Of a stretch of 25,857 bases of DNA, positions 1 through 7,264 are shown piece after piece (within the stretch, counting starts at the first letter, position 1; every line of letters begins with the position of its first letter). Below the pieces are notes generated by a model. The model saw only the letters and a list, made by a program, of their open reading frames with translations. It had not been told where the DNA came from and made no database searches. The position numbers and the translations under genes were made by a program. Origin of the DNA: a virus (lineage: Duplodnaviria; Caudoviricetes); the IMG/VR virus record IMGVR_UViG_3300040985_000942, positions 1 through 25,857 of that record; one strand, 5' to 3'.

Positions 1-1
1 A

Positions 2-106
2 TTGATTCACCTGCGGGAAATGGACGAAGCAGAGCAGGAACTACGGGCAGCGAATGAGGCGGTTGTGTTGCCGGTGGACTTCACTAAAAACATGGATGCA
101 TTTTAG
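2..106 (+). CDS. 3' end of a hypothetical protein (partial, runs off the window start)
   Basis: Open frame LIHLREMDEAEQELRAANEAVVLPVDFTKNMDAF* ends in TAG at 104-106, directly before the GGGGGAG RBS of the next gene. Confidence 0.5.
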   Translation: MIHLREMDEAEQELRAANEAVVLPVDFTKNMDAF

Positions 107-111
107 GGGGA

Positions 112-354
112 GTGATGACGATCGATAACATACGCAAGGAAGCCGCAGAATGGACCGACCTGAACCCGTGCAAACTGTACCAGGGGCACGTAGCCAACGA
201 GCAGGCGGCTATGGTGAAGAGGTTGCTGGCAACCGTTGACATATTGGCGGCGAAGGTGGAAACGGGCAAATCAAAGCACCACACAGCACCGACGCACCTT
301 GTTGAGTACTGGGCTAAGTGGGCAGATGAAGGGGGCGACGATGCCACTACATAA
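112..354 (+). CDS. hypothetical phage protein
   Basis: 80-aa ORF with a GGGGGAG RBS; overlaps the next gene. Confidence 0.65.
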   Translation: MMTIDNIRKEAAEWTDLNPCKLYQGHVANEQAAMVKRLLATVDILAAKVETGKSKHHTAPTHLVEYWAKWADEGGDDATT

Positions 355-526
355 GTACGTCTGCAACGGCTGCTCCATATCGTTTGAGCACCATACAAGG
401 GACGGTGCGCCACTGTGCCCGAGGTGCGGGAAGGATGCTGACAAGAGGGTGCCCGCTGAATGCACGTTTGTTTTGAGGGGCTTAGGGTGGGCCGATGATG
501 GCTATTGCGGGGGTTCAAATGACTAA
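341..526 (+). CDS. FmdB-family zinc-ribbon protein
   Basis: MPLHKYVCNGC..FE..CPRCG..FVLRGLGWADDGY matches the FmdB/CxxC_CxxC_SSSS pattern (MPxYxYxCxxC...CPxCG...FxLKGxGWY). RBS GAAGGGGG precedes ATG 341. Confidence 0.8.
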   Translation: MPLHKYVCNGCSISFEHHTRDGAPLCPRCGKDADKRVPAECTFVLRGLGWADDGYCGGSND

Positions 527-740
527 ACCACTAGACCGCACACACAAGCAACCAGACAGAGCCACCGAATACGGGTATCACAAGATCAAGTTGCCACCAA
601 AACCGGGCTGGCCTAAGCAGTTGCCATGCCTCGGCAGATGGTGCGGGTATGCAATGCGAGAGTCAATGTCTGCCGGTGATAGGCTGTGCAAGCAGTGCAA
701 GCACATGATTAGCCTTAGTGGGGGGTTAGATGAACACTAG
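519..740 (+). CDS. small Cys-rich (putative Zn-binding) protein
   Basis: ATG 519 follows GGGGG; contains CLGRWC and RLCKQCK. Confidence 0.6.
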   Translation: MTKPLDRTHKQPDRATEYGYHKIKLPPKPGWPKQLPCLGRWCGYAMRESMSAGDRLCKQCKHMISLSGGLDEH

Positions 741-894
741 CCAATGCACCACCTGCAACTGTGAGATCACCACCGACAAGGACGGGGCAGCGGTATCGTT
801 CCTTATCAAGGGTGGCACGGCGCTATGCCAGGATTGCAAGGCGAAATGGGAAAAGGTTATTGCTGTTAGGAAGATGGGGAGGGTTTTGGGATGA
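730..894 (+). CDS. small zinc-ribbon protein (54 aa, not in ORF track)
   Basis: MNTSQCTTCNCEITTDKDG...ALCQDCKAKW; G-rich RBS; ATGA overlap with the next gene. Confidence 0.6.
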   Translation: MNTSQCTTCNCEITTDKDGAAVSFLIKGGTALCQDCKAKWEKVIAVRKMGRVLG

Positions 895-1178
895 TGTTCA
901 CGGATCAGGATAAACTAAGCCTCAAGGAAGCAATTGCAAGGTGGGGCACACCGATCCAATTCGAGATGGTGATTGAAGAGTGCACAGAACTTACCCTAGC
1001 AATCCAGCACTATAAGCGAGGCCGTGGGAACCTTGACGCCATCATGGAAGAGGTTGCCGACGTGCAGATCATGATTGGGCAGATGGAAGAGATGCTGTGC
1101 CCGGTAACGATTGCCCGGTTTAGGCGTGAGAAGTTGGACCGACTTAGGCTTAGACTGGACAAGCGGTGCAACCGATAA
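891..1178 (+). CDS. MazG-like nucleotide pyrophosphohydrolase
   Basis: EECTEL...IMEEVADVQIM is the EExxE...EExAD motif of phage MazG-like proteins. Confidence 0.8.
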   Translation: MMFTDQDKLSLKEAIARWGTPIQFEMVIEECTELTLAIQHYKRGRGNLDAIMEEVADVQIMIGQMEEMLCPVTIARFRREKLDRLRLRLDKRCNR

Positions 1179-1210
1179 GATGAACAATCCCAGCCACTTG
1201 CACGCGCCAC

Positions 1211-1261
1211 GCAAAAAAAGATGCAAAAAAGAGTTGACAGGGGTTTCGGTTGTGGTATCTT
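1211..1261 (+). promoter_or_regulatory. sigma70-like promoter with A-tract UP element
   Basis: TTGACA (1234-1239), 16-nt spacer ending in TGG, TATCTT (1256-1261); two GCAAAAAA tracts upstream. Confidence 0.65.
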
Positions 1262-1301
1262 GATGTTGTCGCAAGGGAGCGACTGATAGAGAGGGTGGAC
1301 A

Positions 1302-1487
1302 ATGGCAACAGCAAAACAGATGACGAAGGAAGCAAACGAATCAATCCGCAACGCACAGCGTTTGATTCATGATGCAATCAACGCCAACATGGACATCAAC
1401 GGAAACACCGACCCTAAGCTGTTTGCGGCACTAGGTGCCCTTGAAATGGCTCGCAGCAATACGACTCTTTGGATTCCTACAGACTAA
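1302..1487 (+). CDS. hypothetical protein
   Basis: 61-aa ORF with GAGGG RBS, directly downstream of the promoter. Confidence 0.7.
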   Translation: MATAKQMTKEANESIRNAQRLIHDAINANMDINGNTDPKLFAALGALEMARSNTTLWIPTD

Positions 1488-1532
1488 CTAACAACAGCCC
1501 AGCCGGGGGCAATACCGGCACGGAGGGAGTAG

Positions 1533-1712
1533 ATGAGCGACTACGGCAGAGCACACAGCGAAGAGATTCAGGACCGAATCGACCGGGTAGAGCGCTTCCG
1601 GGGGGAAGCTGAATTCGATTACTTGCAGCGTGAGAGCCCGGAAGATAAGGCTTGCAGGTTGTATCACGAGAAGAAGGACCGGGAACTGGAGGAAGGGCGG
1701 CCTTGCAAATGA
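1533..1712 (+). CDS. hypothetical protein (59 aa, not in ORF track)
   Basis: GGAGGGAG RBS; MSDYGRAHSEEIQDRIDRVERFRGEAEFDYLQRES...GRPCK*. Confidence 0.65.
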   Translation: MSDYGRAHSEEIQDRIDRVERFRGEAEFDYLQRESPEDKACRLYHEKKDRELEEGRPCK

Positions 1713-1731
1713 TCTCCCAATGTGCCATAGT
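1703..1731 (+). promoter_or_regulatory. sigma70-like promoter of HNH cassette 1
   Basis: TTGCAA, 17-nt spacer ending in TGC, CATAGT; same layout as 5210-5238. Confidence 0.7.
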
Positions 1732-1737
1732 AGTTGG

Positions 1738-1825
1738 GCCAAGGAATGATCCCCTTGGCGAGCGATATGCTCACGTGGGGGGTAGGGTCCGAGCCTACCC
1801 CCTGCGTCCTAACTCGGAGGGCACC
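1738..1825 (+). ncRNA. structured 5' leader RNA, copy 1 (three hairpins; loop complementary to the RBS region)
   Basis: P1 GCCAAGG/CCTTGGC; P2 GAGC-GATAT-GCTC; P3 14-bp stem 1773-1786/1794-1807 with loop GTCCGAG complementary to CTCGGA (1813-1818), which overlaps the SD GGAGG. Confidence 0.7.
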
Positions 1826-2500
1826 ATGAGAGGAACACCGCTTACTGTAGACCAGATCGTAAAAATCAAGAAACTTCTCGTCGCAAAGTTTGGGACCATG
1901 GCTGAAATAGGCGCAACCGTCAGCGTTTCCGCTGCTGCCGTCTGCTATGTGGCAAACAGAATAACCGGAGAAGCTGTTGCCGTTCCTGGTTTTGACAAAT
2001 GGCGAAAAATGCGAGACTGGAATCGCAGGCCAAAAGTCAAATTTTTGCGCAGGGTCATGGAGGACAATGAAAACGGTTGCTGGAACTGGACTGGAAAGAC
2101 AAACAAAAAAGGCTATGCCCTTGCTGACGGCGTTGTGACCGGTGATTACCTCGGGCACAGAACATCATATAGGCTCTACAAAGGTGACATTCCGGACGGC
2201 CTGTATGTTCTACACAAATGCAACAACCGGCGCTGCGTAAATCCTGACCACCTATACGCTGGGACACAATTTCAGAATATGCAGGATTCAATCAGGGCCG
2301 GAACGCATGTCAGTATGAGGAAAGGCTTTATGTCAAACCACAAACTTACGGAAGTGATGGTTATTGATGCCCGCAGAAGGTTTGCTGCCGGTGAGTCACA
2401 ACCGTCAATAGCGGCGGACATGGGAGTGCACAAGTCTACTATCCTGAACGCAGTCAACGGGCACACATGGGGCCACGTAAAGGAGGGATTGAAATGTTGA
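1826..2500 (+). CDS. HNH endonuclease with N- and C-terminal HTH-like domains
   Basis: GCWNWTG..GY..HRTSY..IPDGLYVLHKCNNRRCVNPDHLYAGTQFQNMQD (His-Me finger, HNH_3 type); C-terminal KLTE..IAADMGVHKSTI..GHTWGHV. ATG 1826 has a GGAGG SD. Confidence 0.9.
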   Translation: MRGTPLTVDQIVKIKKLLVAKFGTMAEIGATVSVSAAAVCYVANRITGEAVAVPGFDKWRKMRDWNRRPKVKFLRRVMEDNENGCWNWTGKTNKKGYALADGVVTGDYLGHRTSYRLYKGDIPDGLYVLHKCNNRRCVNPDHLYAGTQFQNMQDSIRAGTHVSMRKGFMSNHKLTEVMVIDARRRFAAGESQPSIAADMGVHKSTILNAVNGHTWGHVKEGLKC

Positions 2501-3297
2501 AACCCGTTCACCTCACAACAAGCGCAGCCCTATTCGCTGAGTGTCTAGTTGCCCGCGGCGTCGACAAGGTACACGCCGCAATTTACGCCATTATGATAGC
2601 CCGCTCGAACCAGATGGTAGACGAATGGACGCCCGACAAGGCGACGATTGATTGCCCTGCCACGCAGGTAGACATTGACGACGCCGCAACGGTTGCGATG
2701 GTTCTCACCGGGAACACTTACCCGCTGATGACACGGGGCGATAGGTTCCATTTTGATAAGTCGCAAGGGTGGCCCAAAATCGAGCAGCTGATTGCCCGCC
2801 TGATCCGGTGTATCAATGAGGGTGTTGTCTGTGACGACTTCACGTTGATGGCTATCGGTGTGGCCCTGCACAACATATGGGACACATCTGGCCCCCATGC
2901 TGATTACCTCGGATACCCACACAATGCCAACCGTCTACTGGCTATCAAGCGGCGCTCTGAGCGTGGTGATTCCGTTGGATTCTGGTGGCGCTGGAAACTC
3001 AGCAAGGCGGCAAGTTGGGGTCATTCGGCAGATCGTGATGCTGACAACATCGAGCATAACAGGCAAGCGACGAACGATAGCGCGGTGCGTTTGTGGTCAA
3101 TGGTGACTGGCAGGGATGCAGGATACCTTGACGAGATACGGACCATTATCGCAATCAACAAAGCTGCCAACGATGACGAGTTGCACGGGCTCTGTGCGAC
3201 CATCTTTGAGCTAGCGACTGGTGAGCACTTCCCGGGGTTCGTACCGTTTGCGGGGGGTGAGTTGGTGACGTGGAAGTCTGTGGTTGGAGGGGCGTGA
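2494..3297 (+). CDS. hypothetical protein (267 aa)
   Basis: AGGAGG RBS; overlaps the HNH stop; no recognised motif. Confidence 0.75.
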   Translation: MLKPVHLTTSAALFAECLVARGVDKVHAAIYAIMIARSNQMVDEWTPDKATIDCPATQVDIDDAATVAMVLTGNTYPLMTRGDRFHFDKSQGWPKIEQLIARLIRCINEGVVCDDFTLMAIGVALHNIWDTSGPHADYLGYPHNANRLLAIKRRSERGDSVGFWWRWKLSKAASWGHSADRDADNIEHNRQATNDSAVRLWSMVTGRDAGYLDEIRTIIAINKAANDDELHGLCATIFELATGEHFPGFVPFAGGELVTWKSVVGGA

Positions 3298-3536
3298 TGA
3301 GCAAATTCATCGAAGTATGCTGGCACTTTGACGAAGAGTACATTCCCGTTCGTGGTCACGTCGATTTGGCGACGTTCAACCGGGAGACATGGGCGTATGG
3401 ATACGAGCCTGTCGGGCTCATTCGGCACACGTATTGGCGATGCGTGCCGGATCGTACTGGTGAGTTTGCTTTTCGCTACGTGTTCGATGTTTTGCCTGGG
3501 CGAGGGGCGTTTGCTGTGACGGTTTATGACTGCTAA
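3297..3536 (+). CDS. hypothetical protein
   Basis: GGAGG RBS; TGATG coupling with the previous gene. Confidence 0.7.
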   Translation: MSKFIEVCWHFDEEYIPVRGHVDLATFNRETWAYGYEPVGLIRHTYWRCVPDRTGEFAFRYVFDVLPGRGAFAVTVYDC

Positions 3537-3546
3537 CGGAGAAAGC

Positions 3547-3690
3547 ATGACCACCAAACCAACAACCCGCCACTTCATCCGCTACGGCTGGCGGTCCCTC
3601 AGAGAAGCGGTGCCCGTGGTGGCGCTGTGGACCGTGGGGCTGCTGGTGGTCACGGTGGAGGGATGGTGGCGCAAGAGGAGGGGGAGATGA
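3547..3690 (+). CDS. small membrane protein (47 aa, not in ORF track)
   Basis: GGAG RBS; hydrophobic AVPVVALWTVGLLVVTV followed by WWRKRRGR. Confidence 0.55.
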   Translation: MTTKPTTRHFIRYGWRSLREAVPVVALWTVGLLVVTVEGWWRKRRGR

Positions 3691-4196
3691 TAGGTGATCA
3701 ATTTTGGATGATCAGGCGAACCGTCAACGGACAGGCGGAATGGTTGGCGGGGTGGGAGCCTGTGTCACTACAGGACATGCAGAAGTTGGGCAGCCCTGAC
3801 CTATGGGTGCAAGATAAGGCGGTCTGGTCAAGCGTCACGATGAAGAGTTGCATGTACCCGGAGAGTCATGCCGAAGCGATGGCCAGAATTGCCGGGGGAG
3901 AGGCGTTACTGTTTGGGATGGTTGCCGCCAAGGACGCCGAGATCTCCCGGCTGACAGCGGAGAATAGCCGCCTGCTGGACCAGCGTGACCGCATCGACTG
4001 CGAGGTGCGTGAGGGCAACGGGACGTACCACTGTGCGCTGGATAACAAGTGCGATGCGTGCCTGATGCGGGGGGAGATTCGGCGGCTCAAGGAACGTGCA
4101 AGCGAATATGCCAACGCCCTGACGTACATCGAAAACGCAGTGCCTGACGGGATTGCGTTGGTGGCGAGGGCACTTACTGCGGGGAGGGGGAGATGA
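3687..4196 (+). CDS. hypothetical protein with coiled coil and Cys cluster
   Basis: GAGGGGGAG RBS; KDAEISRLTAENSRL coiled coil; C..HCALDNKCDAC. Confidence 0.7.
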   Translation: MIGDQFWMIRRTVNGQAEWLAGWEPVSLQDMQKLGSPDLWVQDKAVWSSVTMKSCMYPESHAEAMARIAGGEALLFGMVAAKDAEISRLTAENSRLLDQRDRIDCEVREGNGTYHCALDNKCDACLMRGEIRRLKERASEYANALTYIENAVPDGIALVARALTAGRGR

Positions 4197-4489
4197 AACT
4201 GTACGAATGGCGCAGCGGTAGTGAGATTGCGGGGATTGTGGCACCAACTAAGGCCGTGGCACGGGCGACGTATGAAGAGTATTTGCGCACGGACTGCGCA
4301 CTAGACGAGGACGACATTTTGGATGAGATGCAGTCGGGCCGGGTCGTAGATGTGTTGAAGAGAGCACTTGACGCCGAATGGATTGACGACCTTGACACCG
4401 ATCTCAACCCCATCAGAACGTCGTGGCGCAAACAACTTGCTGCGTGGGGCGACGCTGCCCCCTGCGTGGCGTATTCGGACCAGTGGTAA
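4193..4489 (+). CDS. hypothetical acidic protein
   Basis: ATGA overlap with the previous gene; strong G-rich RBS. Confidence 0.7.
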   Translation: MKLYEWRSGSEIAGIVAPTKAVARATYEEYLRTDCALDEDDILDEMQSGRVVDVLKRALDAEWIDDLDTDLNPIRTSWRKQLAAWGDAAPCVAYSDQW

Positions 4490-4499
4490 GGAGGGGGAG

Positions 4500-4646
4500 A
4501 TGAGCGGAGCCGCCGTTGAGATAGTGCAGGTCTTTGCCCTGCTTGTGATATTTGGTGCCGTGATGTGCATCGCTGGGATCGTCAGTGAATACGTTTTTAG
4601 ATGGAAAGAACGCCGCCGAATAAGGCGGGTAATGGGGGGGAAATGA
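4500..4646 (+). CDS. small single-pass membrane protein
   Basis: AAGGAGGGGG RBS; IVQVFALLVIFGAVMCIAGIV followed by a basic tail. Confidence 0.65.
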   Translation: MSGAAVEIVQVFALLVIFGAVMCIAGIVSEYVFRWKERRRIRRVMGGK

Positions 4647-4942
4647 GTTACACGGTCAAAGAATTGCAGGAAGTAATGAGTGCAAAGTGTCCAAAGTGCG
4701 AAGAGTTTCCCGGCACCGGCTGGCGTTCCTGTTTGAGTTGCGCCAAGTACCGCATCACAGTTTCGCATGGCATAGTAGGAGAACAGCAATCAGAGATCGC
4801 CCGGCTGCGGGAAGCGGTGCGGGTGCGGGACGTGCCAATACGTTCACTCGGCTTCGGTAACGTCTGCCGCCACTGTTCAGCGAGCAACGAAGGGCATGCC
4901 GACGACTGCCCCACCGTCACCCACCCACTGGAGGCCAAATGA
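4643..4942 (+). CDS. Cys/His-rich hypothetical protein
   Basis: CPKC..CLSC..EIARLRE..CRHC..GHADDC. Confidence 0.7.
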   Translation: MSYTVKELQEVMSAKCPKCEEFPGTGWRSCLSCAKYRITVSHGIVGEQQSEIARLREAVRVRDVPIRSLGFGNVCRHCSASNEGHADDCPTVTHPLEAK

Positions 4943-5106
4943 CCACCACCGAAATCATCAAAGCCATCCTCGCCGCCCTAACCGCTGGAGTGGAGGCTCA
5001 GTTGACCTTCGACGGTATCAACCTCGACGGGATCGGGGAAATCAAGGCGCTCACCGTGACGCTACGGGCGGGCAAAACGAAGGAGGGCGATGGACTGAAG
5101 CGGTAG
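4939..5106 (+). CDS. hypothetical protein (55 aa, not in ORF track)
   Basis: GGAGG RBS, ATGA overlap; MTTTEIIKAILAALTAGVEAQLTFDG...GLKR*. Confidence 0.6.
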   Translation: MTTTEIIKAILAALTAGVEAQLTFDGINLDGIGEIKALTVTLRAGKTKEGDGLKR

Positions 5107-5209
5107 TTTTGTGCGCCGAATATCACATCAAGATTCTTGGCGCGGCGAAGATGGCAGGCCAGCAGCCGAGTTCGAGTCTCGACACTTCGTCTATGAATAT
5201 AAAAAACAA

Positions 5210-5238
5210 TTGCAAGGCACGGCGCAAAGTGCCATACT
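5210..5238 (+). promoter_or_regulatory. sigma70-like promoter of HNH cassette 2
   Basis: TTGCAA, 17-nt spacer ending in TGC, CATACT; A-tract upstream. Confidence 0.7.
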
Positions 5239-5244
5239 GAGGGA

Positions 5245-5329
5245 GTCAGGGAGTAATTACCTTGGCGAGCGATATGCTCATACGGGGGCAGGGCCCGAGC
5301 CTGCCCCCGTAACCTACTCGGGAGGTGTC
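5245..5329 (+). ncRNA. structured 5' leader RNA, copy 2
   Basis: P1 GTCAGGG/CCTTGGC; P2 identical to copy 1; P3 perfect 12-bp stem 5281-5292/5300-5311 with loop GCCCGAG complementary to CTCGGG (5317-5322), which overlaps the SD GGAGG. Confidence 0.7.
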
Positions 5330-5986
5330 ATGCAAGACCCAGAAACCCACGGACAGCATCAGCAGTATAATAATGACAACCTAACAGGCGAGATCTGGTT
5401 GCCGGTTCCTGGCTACGAAGCCCAGTACGAAGTTTCGTCATTCGGAAGGGTTCGGTCAAGGCGCTGGGATAGGAAGTTTTTATCTTTGGCTGCGCTGCGA
5501 GAAGGATATCCGGTTGTTACACTATGTTATGGAGGGAATTGTCGCAGTGAAAACGTGCACAGGATAGTGCTTGCAGCGTTTCGAGGCGAACCGCCAACAA
5601 GGAAACACGTATCAAGACACCTTGACGGGAATCAAACCAACAACCGCCTCGACAACTTAGCATGGGGGACTCAGAAAGAAAATATCGCTGACGCGAGGCG
5701 ACACGGAACCATGGCAAGAGGTTCCAGAGCTGGGGCTTCAGTGCTGACGGAATCTGGCGTTGCTGAAATAGCGGTGCTTATCAGCAAGGGGGTCTCCGAC
5801 CGGGTCATTGCAGATAGATTCGGCATGTCCGAAAGTGCCATATGGGGAATCAGGTCAGGCAAGAGTTGGGGTTGGCTTACTGGAATAGACAAGAATAGAC
5901 CGCGCCCCAAGCGAACGCGGAGATGCACGCAGAGTCGCAACAAGTCTGGTCAATTTTGTCACAATGACAACGAGCCCAACGAATGA
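5330..5986 (+). CDS. NUMOD4-HNH endonuclease with C-terminal HTH
   Basis: EIWLPVPGYEAQYEVSSFGRVRS (NUMOD4); VHRIVLAAF..SRHLDGNQTNNRLDNLAWGTQKEN (HNH); LTE..IADRFGMSESAI..GKSW. Confidence 0.9.
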   Translation: MQDPETHGQHQQYNNDNLTGEIWLPVPGYEAQYEVSSFGRVRSRRWDRKFLSLAALREGYPVVTLCYGGNCRSENVHRIVLAAFRGEPPTRKHVSRHLDGNQTNNRLDNLAWGTQKENIADARRHGTMARGSRAGASVLTESGVAEIAVLISKGVSDRVIADRFGMSESAIWGIRSGKSWGWLTGIDKNRPRPKRTRRCTQSRNKSGQFCHNDNEPNE

Positions 5987-6624
5987 GATCCCTTTTCGCA
6001 CACACACCAAACATGAACGCCAAAGAAGGCGAATACCGCGGCGACCGTGAGACACCCCGCAGCCTTGCTCGTCTACTGTCACGAGACTTCGGGCCATTCG
6101 ACATTGACGTATCAGCGGCACCGCATAACGCCGTGTGCGATCGGTTCTTCACTGCCGAGGATGACGGGTTGGTGCAACCGTGGGGGCCTGTCGATTACAC
6201 GCACAAGCGCAAGACGTTGACCAGAGCAGCGAACTGCTTCTGCAATCCGACTTACAGAGAGCCAGCGCCCGAGCAATTCAGCGCAAAGGCCCTTGACGAA
6301 GCACTAGCGGGCAATGCCGCCACGTTGATGCTGATACCCGGCACCAAGACAGAGCAAGACTTCTGGCACCGTTACGTTGTGGGGTTGGGCAGCAAGGGCG
6401 CACCTGGGGCGGGAGCATCTGCAATCATTCACGTAGTCGGGCGCATCGCATTTGAGTTGGGCGGCGTGCCTCAGAAGGGCAGCGATCACGCATCCGTGTT
6501 GATCTACTGGCGACCGGGTTACGTGTCGTCTGTGGAGCGGTGGCACCATCGGTTGCCTATCGTGGGGAGTTACCACCAGCGCCTTGGCATGATGCCGGGG
6601 CGAGAGTTTGAGTGGAGGGAGTGA
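5983..6624 (+). CDS. phage DNA N6-adenine methyltransferase (Dam-like)
   Basis: ETP..FDIDVSA..NAVCDRFFTAEDDGLVQPW..FCNPTY..LIP..T..W..GRIAF fits the phage Dam (T1/HP1-type) family; the catalytic motif reads NPTY. Confidence 0.85.
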   Translation: MRSLFAHTPNMNAKEGEYRGDRETPRSLARLLSRDFGPFDIDVSAAPHNAVCDRFFTAEDDGLVQPWGPVDYTHKRKTLTRAANCFCNPTYREPAPEQFSAKALDEALAGNAATLMLIPGTKTEQDFWHRYVVGLGSKGAPGAGASAIIHVVGRIAFELGGVPQKGSDHASVLIYWRPGYVSSVERWHHRLPIVGSYHQRLGMMPGREFEWRE

Positions 6625-6625
6625 G

Positions 6626-6925
6626 ATGTGGATTTTACAGTTGAATGACATGCGAGGCAGAACAGAAAACTTCAGACAGGTAGCCAGAGGGGAAAGCAAG
6701 GAAGCCCTGCAAGCGTGGGTCGAGCGAGAAAAAGTTGAAACATATGATGATGGCATATGGCGAAAGAGCTTTCCAGTTGGCCACCCATTGGAATGGTGCA
6801 ACACGCCTTGGGACGAAGGCATGCACTTCCCGCACTATGTAGACGTAGGGACGCTAGATGAAGCGGTGCAGGGAACGATTGACGATTGGAATGGCATAAT
6901 CAATAGGTTGCCTGAAGCACTTTGA
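6626..6925 (+). CDS. hypothetical protein
   Basis: GGAGGGAG RBS; MWILQLNDMRG... Confidence 0.7.
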   Translation: MWILQLNDMRGRTENFRQVARGESKEALQAWVEREKVETYDDGIWRKSFPVGHPLEWCNTPWDEGMHFPHYVDVGTLDEAVQGTIDDWNGIINRLPEAL

Positions 6926-6950
6926 CGATCTCAACCCAACCTGCTACAGT
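6922..6950 (+). promoter_or_regulatory. sigma70-like promoter
   Basis: TTGACG, 17-nt spacer ending in TGC, TACAGT. Confidence 0.65.
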
Positions 6951-6977
6951 GGCTTTTTCAACTGACGAGGTATCAAA

Positions 6978-7253
6978 ATGAAATTCCGAACCGCAGCAAT
7001 CCTTATCGTGCTGGCCATGTCCGTGTGTGGATGCAAGGGCAGCGACAACCCCATGCCCGCACCCGACGCAACGCAGGAAGTCAAGAGCGACTCGCCAGCA
7101 CCCGTTGACGTGACGCCGCTTGACGTTCCAGCAGTCGCAGAAGTCAAGGCCGAGCTGCCGCAGTTGACGGACGTTGTACCGGTGCAGGAAGTGAAACTTG
7201 ACGTGCCGAAGATTGAGGAAGTGAAACCAGCGTCGGAGGTTTTGGCGCAATAG
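6978..7253 (+). CDS. putative lipoprotein with low-complexity P/V/E repeats
   Basis: MKFR + hydrophobic core + lipobox-like VCGC; four EVK repeats; GAGG RBS. Confidence 0.7.
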   Translation: MKFRTAAILIVLAMSVCGCKGSDNPMPAPDATQEVKSDSPAPVDVTPLDVPAVAEVKAELPQLTDVVPVQEVKLDVPKIEEVKPASEVLAQ

Positions 7254-7264
7254 GGGGTGGGGCA

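Noticed and set aside
1502-1530. Small GCCGG/CCGGC hairpin before the RBS of ORF 1533 (and a similar one near 18945) as further leader copies
   Set aside because: Short stems with no loop complementarity to the RBS region; probably generic intergenic stabilising hairpins.
1652-1825. Upstream in-frame extensions of both HNH ORFs (1652 and 5111 starts), which share the peptide LGERYAH
   Set aside because: The shared peptide is just the translation of the conserved RNA leader. Both extensions cross the promoter, and the ATGs at 1826 and 5330 have GGAGG SDs.
1738-1825. Leader as a tRNA, self-cleaving ribozyme, SAM-II/SAM-V riboswitch or HEARO/omega RNA
   Set aside because: No T-loop or acceptor stem, no HDV/twister/hammerhead/pistol core that I can recognise, no SAM-II consensus. 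It is much shorter than HEARO RNA and the proteins lack the RuvC motifs of IscB. An Rfam scan is still needed.
3547-4646. Small membrane ORFs as holins
   Set aside because: No endolysin or spanin genes nearby, and they sit in the accessory region.
5081-5110. GGAGGG-ATG GAC TGA in frame with the HNH-2 ORF, suggesting TGA readthrough or recoding
   Set aside because: TGA ends many clear genes here (ATGA overlaps), the segment lies inside ORF 4939-5106, and the extended peptide has no recognisable domain.
1753-5280. 21-nt repeat as a CRISPR repeat, att site or transposon end
   Set aside because: Only two copies, 3.5 kb apart, each inside a larger promoter-leader unit. No cas, integrase or transposase gene is in the window.
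6940-6960. GCTACAGTGGCTTTTT as an intrinsic terminator
   Set aside because: The stem is only about 4 bp, and the segment fits better as the -10 region of the 6922 promoter.
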